This document shows positions 36,078-47,451 of a stretch of 54,797 bases of DNA, one piece after another. The position numbers were made by a program, and so were the translations under genes. The notes beneath the pieces were generated by a model. It was not told the origin of the DNA, ran no database searches, and worked only from the letters and a program-made list of their open reading frames with translations. Position 1 is the first letter of the stretch. The number at the start of each line of letters is the position of its first letter. This DNA comes from Candidatus Saccharimonadales bacterium (GTDB lineage Bacteria > Patescibacteriota > Saccharimonadia > Saccharimonadales > JAXHNE01), in the NCBI GenBank assembly GCA_041600755.1, contig JBFIJL010000001.1, positions 1 to 54,797 on the forward strand, read 5' to 3'.

Positions 36078-37118
36078 TTAAAATGATGCAGTAGCGATAT
36101 AGCTAAACGTTGCACTGTATATTCCAGCGGGCTGGGCGTCACTAATATTCGTAAGATATGACACCGTAAAACGTTTGTAGCTAGTGGTGCTTGAAACCTG
36201 AGAAATCACATCGCCAGATTTAAAAGTAAATTGATTCTGGTTTGCATAGCGGGAAGTTATTGTTGAAGTTCCCGGGCCAAAAGACTCAATTCCCACAACT
36301 GGGTTATTGTTGGCACGCAGATTTATCCCAAATTGGCTCACGCCAGGAGATGAACCGGTCGGATTCAACAGTGCAGGAATTTCATTATTTCCAGAAGTAA
36401 GCGTAGTGCCAATAACAGACACATTGTAGCCAGTCGGGTCATTGGTTGCACCAGAGTATTGTGAAGTGGCGAGATTGGCTAGCGCTGTTTCAAGCTCACC
36501 CAGTTCTATAAGACTGCCGGTAGCATCAGAGCAATCTAGCTCAACAGTCACCCCAACGCAGAACAATAAATAAGGAGGCACGTATAGACTTGTACTTATT
36601 TCAGATGAGGTACTGTAAGCAACTGACCCATTGTCAAGAGCAGCTCCTGTGCCATCCCCACTGGCATGGCTTGAAATTCTAACGTACACTGTTTCGTTCA
36701 CTGAAGTATTGTTTACTGCATCCTCAAACAAATACTGAGCAAAACCAGGCGAAACGGCAATTGCTGCACGACTGAGGACGATTTTATTTGCTGTCGAAAG
36801 AGGGCTTATAGCAAACCCAGTTTCGCCAGATTGAAACGCCAGCGAGGCTCCAGTCATATCAAGACCAATTGGAGCAGAACAATCTGCACCCAGTACTCCA
36901 CTGTTAGTGCAATATTCAAAAACCAAAGACCCAATTACATTCGAATCATTGTACATATAGCTTATAAGGTGGTCATTAGTTGCTCCAGCTCTAGCGCTGG
37001 TTATGACAATTTTTCGCTGCGTCAGGTCACCCGCAAAAACTACAGAAGAAAACAATACTACTGCCGGTAAAAGCAGTAGTATTGTTGCTACGCTTACTCT
37101 TTGTATTTTTACAAACAT
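36078..37118 (-). CDS. Secreted two-domain beta protein, WxL-like subunit paralog 1
   Basis: Signal peptide; YLLFCVG, GVSQFGINL, C-terminus QPAGIYSATFSYIATASF. Confidence 0.75.
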   Translation of the reverse strand: MFVKIQRVSVATILLLLPAVVLFSSVVFAGDLTQRKIVITSARAGATNDHLISYMYNDSNVIGSLVFEYCTNSGVLGADCSAPIGLDMTGASLAFQSGETGFAISPLSTANKIVLSRAAIAVSPGFAQYLFEDAVNNTSVNETVYVRISSHASGDGTGAALDNGSVAYSTSSEISTSLYVPPYLLFCVGVTVELDCSDATGSLIELGELETALANLATSQYSGATNDPTGYNVSVIGTTLTSGNNEIPALLNPTGSSPGVSQFGINLRANNNPVVGIESFGPGTSTITSRYANQNQFTFKSGDVISQVSSTTSYKRFTVSYLTNISDAQPAGIYSATFSYIATASF

Positions 37119-37161
37119 AAGAGTAATTGTAAGTCAGATATGATTGAGCGTAAAGTTCAAT

Positions 37162-38541
37162 CTAGAATTGTGGAGTTGCAATGAACGTTGTGGTCACTGA
37201 ATATGTACCAGTAGGCGTCTTGAGGGACGCTGCTGCTGCAAAGTTCATGACAAGGTGTTCGTGGTCAACTACACCATTAGAGCCTGCGATCTTATCAGGG
37301 CTTGATTCGTCCCAAGTCCAGCAAGATTCATCTACGCCACCAGTACAGTCAACGTTTTCTGCGGTGCCATCTTTTCCAAGACCATCGTATTCAGCTTCTC
37401 GAGTTAGGTTAGCAGTACCAACAACTCCGTTGTAGCCGTTCTCGGTATCTTGCACAATGTCCGCAACCGTCATGCCGAAAGATTCAATTCCGGGGCTAAT
37501 GTTGGCTTGTGTTGTGCCTGCGCTTGCAAAACAAGCATTTTCGTCTGCAGGACCAACAGTACAGTCAGCTCCTGGTACACGTAGAGCTCCAAGGTTACCA
37601 GCTGCACCACCAGTGCTATCTTCTTCTGCTATGTAGCTTATTGATACTCCGTCAGATGCGTTGGTGGTAACCATCGCATACCCAGCCTTTCGATAGTCTG
37701 CATTTTCGCAAAGATTATCATCCACTGGATCTTCACTGTCGTCTGTGTAACAAACTTCAGAAAAGTTTACGTTTCCAATGTTAAGTGTTGTGTCAGTAAA
37801 GTCAGCACAAGTCTCTGCTCCTGAGTTGTCAGCAACGCCATCTGCAAAGATGTCAGCATCTTGTGTTCCAACACAGAATTCTAGGAATTCAGCTACGGTA
37901 GCCGACACAGTAATTTGGTCGGCGATTGCTACAGCAGTAATGCCGTAGTGAACTGCGTCATCATAAATTGATCCGCCGGTGTCAGTGAATGATGCATTGT
38001 CGTAAAGGTACATCTGTGGATAGACTGAGCCCTTGGTGTCTGAGTGAGTAATCCCATCTATCGTCAATATGAGGTCAGTATTAACATCCACAACATCTGT
38101 ATCTGTACGGGTCAAACACATCTCGAATGTTGAATTTGTAGTTTCTTCACATTCTCCAGAATCACCAACTGCAGTGTCGACAAAAGGAGTGTCTCCGTTT
38201 GACACACCACTGTCGGGAATTGCCTGCGAAACTACTGATGCTGCTGCAACGGTGAAGCCTGTTCCACTTGGTGCAACACATGTTTCTTGGCGTGCGCTAT
38301 CGCACCACTGGATCTTGATCCCTTCAACATCAGTTGGCCCGCCTGTTGGAATTTTGAAATGAAATACATATTCTACGTCTGTGGCGTTCACGTACGCCTT
38401 ATCAATAACTGTGTACCTATCAAGTAATTCTGCTGCATCGGCCGAACTACCAATAAGTAATGGCGCCATCGAGGCAACAAGAAGTGATAGTACAGCCAGA
38501 AACGCGAATAATCTCCGCGAAAGCTGTTGTTGTAATATCAT
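37162..38541 (-). CDS. Secreted acidic WxL-like subunit paralog 2 (probable major subunit)
   Basis: Signal peptide; FLEFCVG, GIESFGM, C-terminus TPTGTYSVTTTFIATPQF; strong SD AAGGAG. Confidence 0.8.
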   Translation of the reverse strand: MILQQQLSRRLFAFLAVLSLLVASMAPLLIGSSADAAELLDRYTVIDKAYVNATDVEYVFHFKIPTGGPTDVEGIKIQWCDSARQETCVAPSGTGFTVAAASVVSQAIPDSGVSNGDTPFVDTAVGDSGECEETTNSTFEMCLTRTDTDVVDVNTDLILTIDGITHSDTKGSVYPQMYLYDNASFTDTGGSIYDDAVHYGITAVAIADQITVSATVAEFLEFCVGTQDADIFADGVADNSGAETCADFTDTTLNIGNVNFSEVCYTDDSEDPVDDNLCENADYRKAGYAMVTTNASDGVSISYIAEEDSTGGAAGNLGALRVPGADCTVGPADENACFASAGTTQANISPGIESFGMTVADIVQDTENGYNGVVGTANLTREAEYDGLGKDGTAENVDCTGGVDESCWTWDESSPDKIAGSNGVVDHEHLVMNFAAAASLKTPTGTYSVTTTFIATPQF

Positions 38542-38641
38542 TTATTTTCTCCTTATTGTTTTTGTTTTTAGTGATATACGCTTATGTTTATACCACGCTA
38601 CATTTTGCAATGCAACTATTTTTATCGTCAACTCTTACACT

Positions 38642-39331
38642 TTACAAGATCTGAAAGGTTCTAACAATTTCTGCAAGCTCTTTTCCGTCTGGAACTGATC
38701 GAAGATCCCTATAGTACATAAGTATGCTGATCGGGTTACCTTCACCGGTAACAGTCTCTATAACCACGCCTCCACTTTTGCGGGCTACTATGACGTCAAA
38801 TATTGCACTTCCAGTTGTGCATTTAAACGTCACTTCGTCTAAGGTTACCGTATCGTTGTCGACAAGATCTTCCGATAGGCTTTGACATGGCTCACTGATC
38901 CCGTTCACGGGCTGGAAAAGATTATCATCTATAGTAATCGCTTGTACACGTGAGGCGGCAGCCCTGTCAATCTGCTGCTTAGTTGGGTTGATCCTAATAT
39001 CTAAGTCGTGAAGTGAGATAGATTTATCGGGTAAGCGATTCCTATAATAAAAATGCCCCTCCTCATCTGTCGCAACTGATTCCCAGTGCTCGCCCGCCTG
39101 AAACTGATAGTATGGTGTCTTGAATACTGATATTGGCTTCGAGAAGGCTGTTGTTGTCGCAGTTGAGGTTACGCCTGGCTCTTCAGGCTTTACGAAGAAC
39201 ACAAGATATAAGATTACGAATATAACTATTAGAAGTATGGCTATGAAAATACCCCACCCGAACCACCGAAATCGTTTGACATACTTCTGTCGTTTTAAAT
39301 GATTGTCATGGTGGTAGTAATGACTTTCCAT
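38642..39331 (-). CDS. Single-pass membrane hypothetical protein
   Basis: Basic N-terminus, TM at about 23-46, extracellular domain with Cys pair. Confidence 0.7.
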   Translation of the reverse strand: MESHYYHHDNHLKRQKYVKRFRWFGWGIFIAILLIVIFVILYLVFFVKPEEPGVTSTATTTAFSKPISVFKTPYYQFQAGEHWESVATDEEGHFYYRNRLPDKSISLHDLDIRINPTKQQIDRAAASRVQAITIDDNLFQPVNGISEPCQSLSEDLVDNDTVTLDEVTFKCTTGSAIFDVIVARKSGGVVIETVTGEGNPISILMYYRDLRSVPDGKELAEIVRTFQIL

Positions 39332-39378
39332 ATATACCTCGTATCTACTATGTAGTCTATCATGCTCGTGGCTTAATA

Positions 39379-40128
39379 CTAAAAAGAGGTTACTGCTATC
39401 AGATCATGCAACATAATGTATGTGCCTGCCGGAGTAAACACCTCTGCGTTCGCAATATAGCTGATCGTATAATCACTGCGACCAGTACCTTGTCTGCCAG
39501 CAGTTTGAGGCGCGCTGACAATTGCCTCGCCGTTAACATAGCGAAATGTATCAGGCGTATCGTAGCCACTCATAATATAACCATCTGCAAAACTATCATC
39601 GGGTATGTTGCTAAAATCTGAGCCTATGTCAGGTGTCGCATTGTCTACTAAGTTTATTCCAAACTGCTCCACGCCTTGGGTAGAGACCCCCCCAGTGGTT
39701 AGGGGGTCAAGCTGCTCACCACCATTCGACGGGGCTTCCCCAACGCTGTACACCGTATATCCCGATGAGATGTACGACCGGATATAGAATCCGACCGTGC
39801 CAGATCCAGTGGTTGTCGAATCAATCACTCCAAGGTTTACTTGGGTGTCAGAAATCACAAACTCTAGAAACTCTTGATTCTCTGTCAAGATCCCAGCTTG
39901 CGCATCAAAATTATCACTAGATTGTCTACCAACTGCGTTGGCACCGAGAGAACCTTGAGCACAGTATTGCCCGCCAGAACATTGTTCAGCTATACCACCA
40001 GAACCAAACTGCGCTTCCTGAACCTGGTAACTCGATGAACTTGATTGCTGTGCAAACACTGAAAAAGGCAACACCAGTAGAACAAGTCCAAGTAGTAATC
40101 CGCCCCGATTAAAGTGTTTGTATTTCAT
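39379..40128 (-). CDS. Secreted WxL-like subunit paralog 3
   Basis: Start at MKYKH (GAGG SD); signal peptide; FLEFVIS, GVEQFGINL, C-terminus TPAGTYIMLHDLIAVTSF. Confidence 0.75.
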   Translation of the reverse strand: MKYKHFNRGGLLLGLVLLVLPFSVFAQQSSSSSYQVQEAQFGSGGIAEQCSGGQYCAQGSLGANAVGRQSSDNFDAQAGILTENQEFLEFVISDTQVNLGVIDSTTTGSGTVGFYIRSYISSGYTVYSVGEAPSNGGEQLDPLTTGGVSTQGVEQFGINLVDNATPDIGSDFSNIPDDSFADGYIMSGYDTPDTFRYVNGEAIVSAPQTAGRQGTGRSDYTISYIANAEVFTPAGTYIMLHDLIAVTSF

Positions 40129-40224
40129 CATCATTTCCTCTTCTGGAGGCATTATGACAAGAATTTCACAAATTTGCCATAAGCATAGTAAACTAGGCAT
40201 AACTATAATCAATAAAAAGGTGGC

Positions 40225-41154
40225 ATGACAGAAGATCAACAAGACAGCTCGGCACTCGAACAACCGGACAAGATTGAAGACAAGAAAAACGAGCCGACAA
40301 AAAAGAAGCGCTCATTTAGTCCTGGTGGGCTGATTGCGCGTGTCAATATATATCTGTTGATGTTTATATTTATTGTGGTGCTCGCTGGAATTATCGTCTT
40401 TGTGAGCCTTCAGCGCTCTAAGAAGGAGGCGGTGCAAACACTACTACCTTCACAGGAACTTACGCCTGAAGAACTTGACCAAATCAAAGGCAGCGACGCC
40501 AAAGTCGGAGATCCTAAGCAACAGCTAACTATCGAGTCGACAACAATCTTCTCTGGTAAAGTATTCGTAAAAGATTCGATTGATATCGCCGGCGGTCTCA
40601 AAGTAGGAGGAGCCTTGAACTTGCCAGGAATCACGGTTTCTGGAACTAGTGCATTTGATCAAGTTACTGCAAATGAATTAGCGATTGCTGGCGACGCTTC
40701 AGTGCAGGGGCAGCTCAATGTCCAGCAAAACTTAGCAGTAAGTGGCTCAGGTACATTTGGCGGTATTCTATCCGCACCGCAAATAAATATTGGTTCATTG
40801 CAAATCAGTAACGACCTCAACTTTGGGCGTCATCTTGATGCTGGCGGCACAACTCCAGGCAGCAGTACCGGCTCAGCGGTTGGTGGTGGTGGTACAACAT
40901 CAGTTAGCGGCACCGACACAGCAGGCACGCTTACAGTAAACACAGGTGGAAGTCCAGTTGCAGGGTGTTTCGCTACTATCAACTTCACACAAAGCTTTTC
41001 AGGAACTCCACATATCACTATTACACCAGTTGGTTCTGCTGCTGGTGGACTTAACTATTACATAAATAGAAACTCTACTAATTTCAGTATCTGCACAACT
41101 AATGCCGCACCATCAGGGGCTTCATTCAGCTTCGACTGGCTCGCCATAGACTAA
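40225..41154 (+). CDS. Membrane-anchored fibre/adhesin-like protein
   Basis: N-terminal TM, repetitive short Gly/Val beta-strand stalk, Gly/Ser/Thr linker, C-terminal gp53/H-lectin-like module (FSGTPHITITP). Confidence 0.65.
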   Translation: MTEDQQDSSALEQPDKIEDKKNEPTKKKRSFSPGGLIARVNIYLLMFIFIVVLAGIIVFVSLQRSKKEAVQTLLPSQELTPEELDQIKGSDAKVGDPKQQLTIESTTIFSGKVFVKDSIDIAGGLKVGGALNLPGITVSGTSAFDQVTANELAIAGDASVQGQLNVQQNLAVSGSGTFGGILSAPQINIGSLQISNDLNFGRHLDAGGTTPGSSTGSAVGGGGTTSVSGTDTAGTLTVNTGGSPVAGCFATINFTQSFSGTPHITITPVGSAAGGLNYYINRNSTNFSICTTNAAPSGASFSFDWLAID

Positions 41155-41179
41155 GATTTTGCACACGCTCACTTAGCTT

Positions 41180-41482
41180 CTAAACATCCAAAAAGACAAC
41201 TACCTCATCAGCCTTAACGTGCATTACGCCTTTCTGAATAGGGATGCTCTCGTCATTCTTATCTGTTCTTACAATGATGTCACACGGCTGCAAAATAGTA
41301 ATGAAGTTATGGTGCTGAGCCAATATGTCGAAAGGACCAGTTTCATTCTCGGCCGTAACGCTGGTTGCAATACCATCGAAATAGACCTTAAACGGTGCAT
41401 AGATCTTCACGTGCATGTGCTTTCCATCAACAGGAGTGTTCTCGTTGGTATCAGAAATTGTTTTCCCAGATTCTTGAGCCAT
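41180..41482 (-). CDS. atpC: F1-like ATPase epsilon subunit (N-terminal beta-sandwich only)
   Basis: V.I.AP....FDG....V......G...IL..H..F...L pattern; no C-terminal helices. Confidence 0.8.
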   Translation of the reverse strand: MAQESGKTISDTNENTPVDGKHMHVKIYAPFKVYFDGIATSVTAENETGPFDILAQHHNFITILQPCDIIVRTDKNDESIPIQKGVMHVKADEVVVFLDV

Positions 41483-41484
41483 AG

Positions 41485-43645
<2,161 letters not shown>

Positions 43646-43649
<4 letters not shown>

Positions 43650-45280
43650 TCCTTGGACTCCGCTGTTTCGGCTGACTTTTCTTCATCGGTTTTCTTTTGC
43701 TTTGCATTTGCAATTATTTGAGCCGCCGCTTCTTCATTTTCCTTTGCCGCCTCTTTGGCATCTTCTTTGTCCTGCTTTTTGCTTTTACTATCCTTTTTTG
43801 ATTCTTCGGGAGCAACTTCCTCGCTCTTTGCCTCGGATTTAGGCTCTTCTGGTGCTACTGGCAGCACAACACAGGCTGCCTTGAGTTCATCGCGCACCGC
43901 ATCAAACTGTTCGTCAGCGGTAATTTTAGTTGCCATATCTGGTGCCTGAAGCTTAAGTTTTGCAATATCAATCGTTGCGCCAAGCTCGAGATTTAGCACA
44001 ATATCCATCATTAACTGCTGCGCCATCAGAGAATACGTCTGTGACGGACTTTGAGTTACAACTTCAAAAATGTGCTTACCGGTCTCGAGTGCATGCTTCG
44101 CTTCGGCAGCCAGTTCCGAGCCAAAGTGTGAAAATTCCTCCGCCTGTCGATAATCGGCTAGCAACTTTAGTGTTTGGGCGGCAAGCGTTTTTTGGCGTTT
44201 TCCGTGCCCAACACCACCAATACGAGTAACAGACAATCCGATATTAAGTGCCGGACGAATACCATCACGGAAAATATTCATATCCAGAATCCATTGTCCA
44301 TCAGTAATCGACATAACGTTAGTTGGCAGATAGGCAGTCACATCACCTCCTGCAGCATTAATGATCGGGACGCACGTTAAGTGTGCCCCGTTACTATCGA
44401 GTCGGCCGGCTCGCTCCAGTAAGCTAGAGTGAGCATAAAAGGTGTCACCTGGGTAGCTATCTCTACCAGGACTCACTCCTGTTACCAGTGCAACTTCACG
44501 CCAAGCATGTGCATGTGATGTTAAGTCGTCATATATGACTATCGTGTCTTGTGAAAGCTCTTGCCACATATATTCTGCCATTGCTGCTGCAACATACGGA
44601 GCGATGTAACTCATTATGATTGACTCGAACATGGTTGATACGATCACGATGGCCTTTTCCATGCCGCCATTTTCCTGGAGCTGGGTTAATAGTGCGTCAA
44701 TATCGCTTCGACGCTTTGCAATCATGCAATACACCACAATTTGATCAGTATTTTTCTGATTAATCGTCAGTTGTGTCGCTAAGGTGCTTTTACCGGACTT
44801 ACTGTCGCCAAGAAGCGCCATACGCTGGCCGCGCACTATTGGGAACAGCGAATCAACTGCCACTACACCACTTTCTAACTGTGTATCAAGTAGTTTACGT
44901 TGGTAAAGTGGGGGTGCAGTATTAAATACGGGCCATACTTTATCCGCTGCAATTGGACCCTTGCCGTCAATTGGCCCACCGGTAACTGTAATAACCCTTC
45001 CTATGAAGTCTTTTCCAACTTTTGACACCAGTTCTTGATGTTGCAATACCGCAACCATGCCGACCCTCAACTTGTCGCTTCCCAGGTGAAGGATATGAAT
45101 ATAATCCTCAAAAACTTCGCTCACGAAGCCCTTGCTTCCATCCTCGAACATAATAAGTGCATGAATTGAACAAGGCTGTAATCCTGTAGCTTTCACTAGG
45201 AATTGATCAACGGCCATCACTTCACCGATTGGCTGTCCGGACTCAACTAGCCTATCAAAGTGTTGATTTCCGGAATTCAT
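43646..45280 (-). CDS. atpA: F1-like ATPase alpha subunit with charged C-terminal tail
   Basis: IVRGQR.ALLGDSKSGKS, YDDLTSHA, PGRDSYPGD.FY.HS.LLERA, MSITDGQ, GLSVTRIGG (Arg finger). Confidence 0.93.
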
Positions 45281-45909
45281 GATACCGCCTCAGAAGTCAC
45301 AGTAGGTTGTGGTGCTGCAGTGGCAGTAGGCACCTCTTGAGCCGCGACAGGTTCAGTCTTCGCCACTTCTTCCGCAGATGCCGCTACGGCAGCTCCTGAT
45401 GCCTCAACGGCCTGTTCGACGGGTTCCGTAACTGAATTACGCATCTTAGAAAGCAATAGTGGCTTTTTGTCAGCAAAAAATTCCCTAAGACTCATGTCAA
45501 AGTACTTGTTGGTTGTACGAACAATTGTTCCAGCGCCAATAGTTGGTTGCAGGCCAATCTGCAACAAAAGCAAAGGATGGATGTTTTGGCGAAGCCACGC
45601 TATTAACTTTTGAGTGAATAAAGGCGACGGATCGGCACTAAAACTCATGTGAATACTCGGTGCGTCATCACGCAACTGTGCCAGGAACTCCTTCATTTGT
45701 GTTCGCTCCTCGGCAACCAGAGCATTCTTGTTGTTTAGTTGTAATAATTCGTCCATGAGCTTGCTCGTCTTTGGCAGACTGTTTGCAGAGCCACCTTGAC
45801 GAACCTCTGCTGACTTTAAATATGCATCCAGGGCGTCAATTTCGCGCACCAGTCGCCCCAAATCAACGCGGCTCACCACTCCAACCGGTATTTGCATACT
45901 TACTTCCAC
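45277..45909 (-). CDS. F-ATPase delta-like subunit with Ala/Glu/Thr tail
   Basis: atpH position; C-terminal QPTIGAGTIVRTTNKYFDMSL resembles the OSCP/delta C-domain. Confidence 0.65.
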   Translation of the reverse strand: MEVSMQIPVGVVSRVDLGRLVREIDALDAYLKSAEVRQGGSANSLPKTSKLMDELLQLNNKNALVAEERTQMKEFLAQLRDDAPSIHMSFSADPSPLFTQKLIAWLRQNIHPLLLLQIGLQPTIGAGTIVRTTNKYFDMSLREFFADKKPLLLSKMRNSVTEPVEQAVEASGAAVAASAEEVAKTEPVAAQEVPTATAAPQPTVTSEAVS

Positions 45910-45911
45910 GA

Positions 45912-46532
45912 TTACGCACCACCAGTGATATCGCGAATAATCGCTTCTTTATTAGCCTCAAGATCGCTCAGGATAAATTCAAGCTGATCATTGAGGTCAA
46001 TCTGATCGCCGATTGCAGCCAGAACGTAATGGTTTACAATGTCGGTCATGTTGTCCTCGAACCGCTCGATCAATCGAGCCCGTTCGTTTGCAAGCTCTTG
46101 CTGTATTTGGGTGCTCATGACCTTTCGTTGTTCCTCGATAGCAGCCTGAGTTTTATTAATCGAATCAACCGCAAGCTCTTTTGCATCAGTGATTGACTCT
46201 TCATACTTCGCAAATTCTTCTTCAAGCTTACCAGTAATTTCCTTCTTCATGTACTCATTGAGCTGTGAGGTGGTCAAACGCAAATCTTGTTGCAAAAACA
46301 TAGCGTTCTCGCCAATTATTTTTTCAAAGTGCAATCGACCACGATTTCGTAGCTCTTCTCTGAACTCATCATTAAAAATATGCTCAACTTCTTCAGTAGC
46401 ATCAGCAATTAATTCACCAGTGCCCACAGACTTTTTCTTTGGGGCTGCAGATGACCGCATCGAAATAACCACGCCAATAATGGTGGTAATAATAATTATC
46501 CCTAGCAGTAATACAAGTACCGTTGTGCTCAA
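45912..46532 (-). CDS. F-ATPase b-like subunit
   Basis: atpF position; N-terminal TM followed by a long charged coiled coil. Confidence 0.6.
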   Translation of the reverse strand: MSTTVLVLLLGIIIITTIIGVVISMRSSAAPKKKSVGTGELIADATEEVEHIFNDEFREELRNRGRLHFEKIIGENAMFLQQDLRLTTSQLNEYMKKEITGKLEEEFAKYEESITDAKELAVDSINKTQAAIEEQRKVMSTQIQQELANERARLIERFEDNMTDIVNHYVLAAIGDQIDLNDQLEFILSDLEANKEAIIRDITGGA

Positions 46533-46557
46533 AGTCCCACCCTCATAATGCTTTTGG

Positions 46558-47391
46558 TTATAACTTCAGTAATAAATATACCCCAAAAACACCGACAATG
46601 AAAATAATTAGACCAACAATAATAACTTGAATCATGCCTCGAATGATAGACTTCTTGCTCAGCGGATTTCGGCCAATGGATGTAATTGCGCTTCTAACGC
46701 CTCCGTATAATAAACTCCCTGACACAATAGTGCTCATGACGAGCAGCGCCATACTTAGCCACAACTTCGGTGTACTTACTTTTTTCTGAGCAATAGACTC
46801 GGCGGCATTTCGCAAAAATTCTGGCAAATTTTGAGCTGGCGGTTTTTGCAGCGGATTGCCAGACACGCTAATGTCTGCAAGAATCCGGCCAACCTGAAAA
46901 CTTTGATCCCCGACAGATATCGACCCAATCGCGTCTCCGCCACCCTCAAAAGGATCAAGAGCTCTAGCCACAACAATTGGTTGCACTTCATCCACCTTCA
47001 TGCCGATACCGCTAACTGATGAAATAACAATGTAGTCACCGGCAGAAATTGATCCGTTCTGATTGCTAACCAAGATATCAAACTTACCGTTTGCTGCTAC
47101 GAATACTTGCTGTGCCTCTGTCGACAAGGTGGCGGGAGCATCATTTCTATCTACGACAACTCCGTAAGCACCTTCTGCTTCACCTTGTGCAACCGGTGAA
47201 ACTTTGGTCGTGTCATCGTCGTTAAGTTTCACGATCATTCCACGCTGGAGCGGCACATCAGACGCGTAGCCTTGTGTGAATGGTTGAGCAAAGGCAATAT
47301 TAACCCTGAAACTAAGTGCTATAAGCAGTATGAGCGCAAGTCCTGCCCAAAGTCGTTGAGGTGTTAAAAGTTGTTTTATGTTTGTTTTCAT
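46558..47391 (-). CDS. Subunit-c-like fusion protein: N-terminal signal/anchor, extracytoplasmic beta domain and C-terminal c-like helical hairpin without ion-binding carboxylate
   Basis: atpE position; two terminal TMs joined by SIGRNP; no D/E in the last helix; middle domain VSNQNGSISAGDYIVISSVSGIGMK...VARAL. Confidence 0.65.
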   Translation of the reverse strand: MKTNIKQLLTPQRLWAGLALILLIALSFRVNIAFAQPFTQGYASDVPLQRGMIVKLNDDDTTKVSPVAQGEAEGAYGVVVDRNDAPATLSTEAQQVFVAANGKFDILVSNQNGSISAGDYIVISSVSGIGMKVDEVQPIVVARALDPFEGGGDAIGSISVGDQSFQVGRILADISVSGNPLQKPPAQNLPEFLRNAAESIAQKKVSTPKLWLSMALLVMSTIVSGSLLYGGVRSAITSIGRNPLSKKSIIRGMIQVIIVGLIIFIVGVFGVYLLLKL

Positions 47392-47407
47392 GAGATTTTC
47401 TACAGTC

Positions 47408-47437
47408 AGTATACGAAACCATAAGGGTTAAGTGCAA
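47408..47437 (-). promoter_or_regulatory. Promoter of the F1-like operon
   Basis: TTGCAC (47437-32), 18 bp spacer, TATACT (47413-08), 16 nt before the ATG. Confidence 0.55.
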
Positions 47438-47451
47438 GCTAAACTCTGGAT

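Noticed and set aside
40129-40263. Long N-terminus of the 294-aa surface protein
   Set aside because: It overlaps the divergent gene and promoter region; the start at MKYKH has an SD and gives a normal signal peptide.
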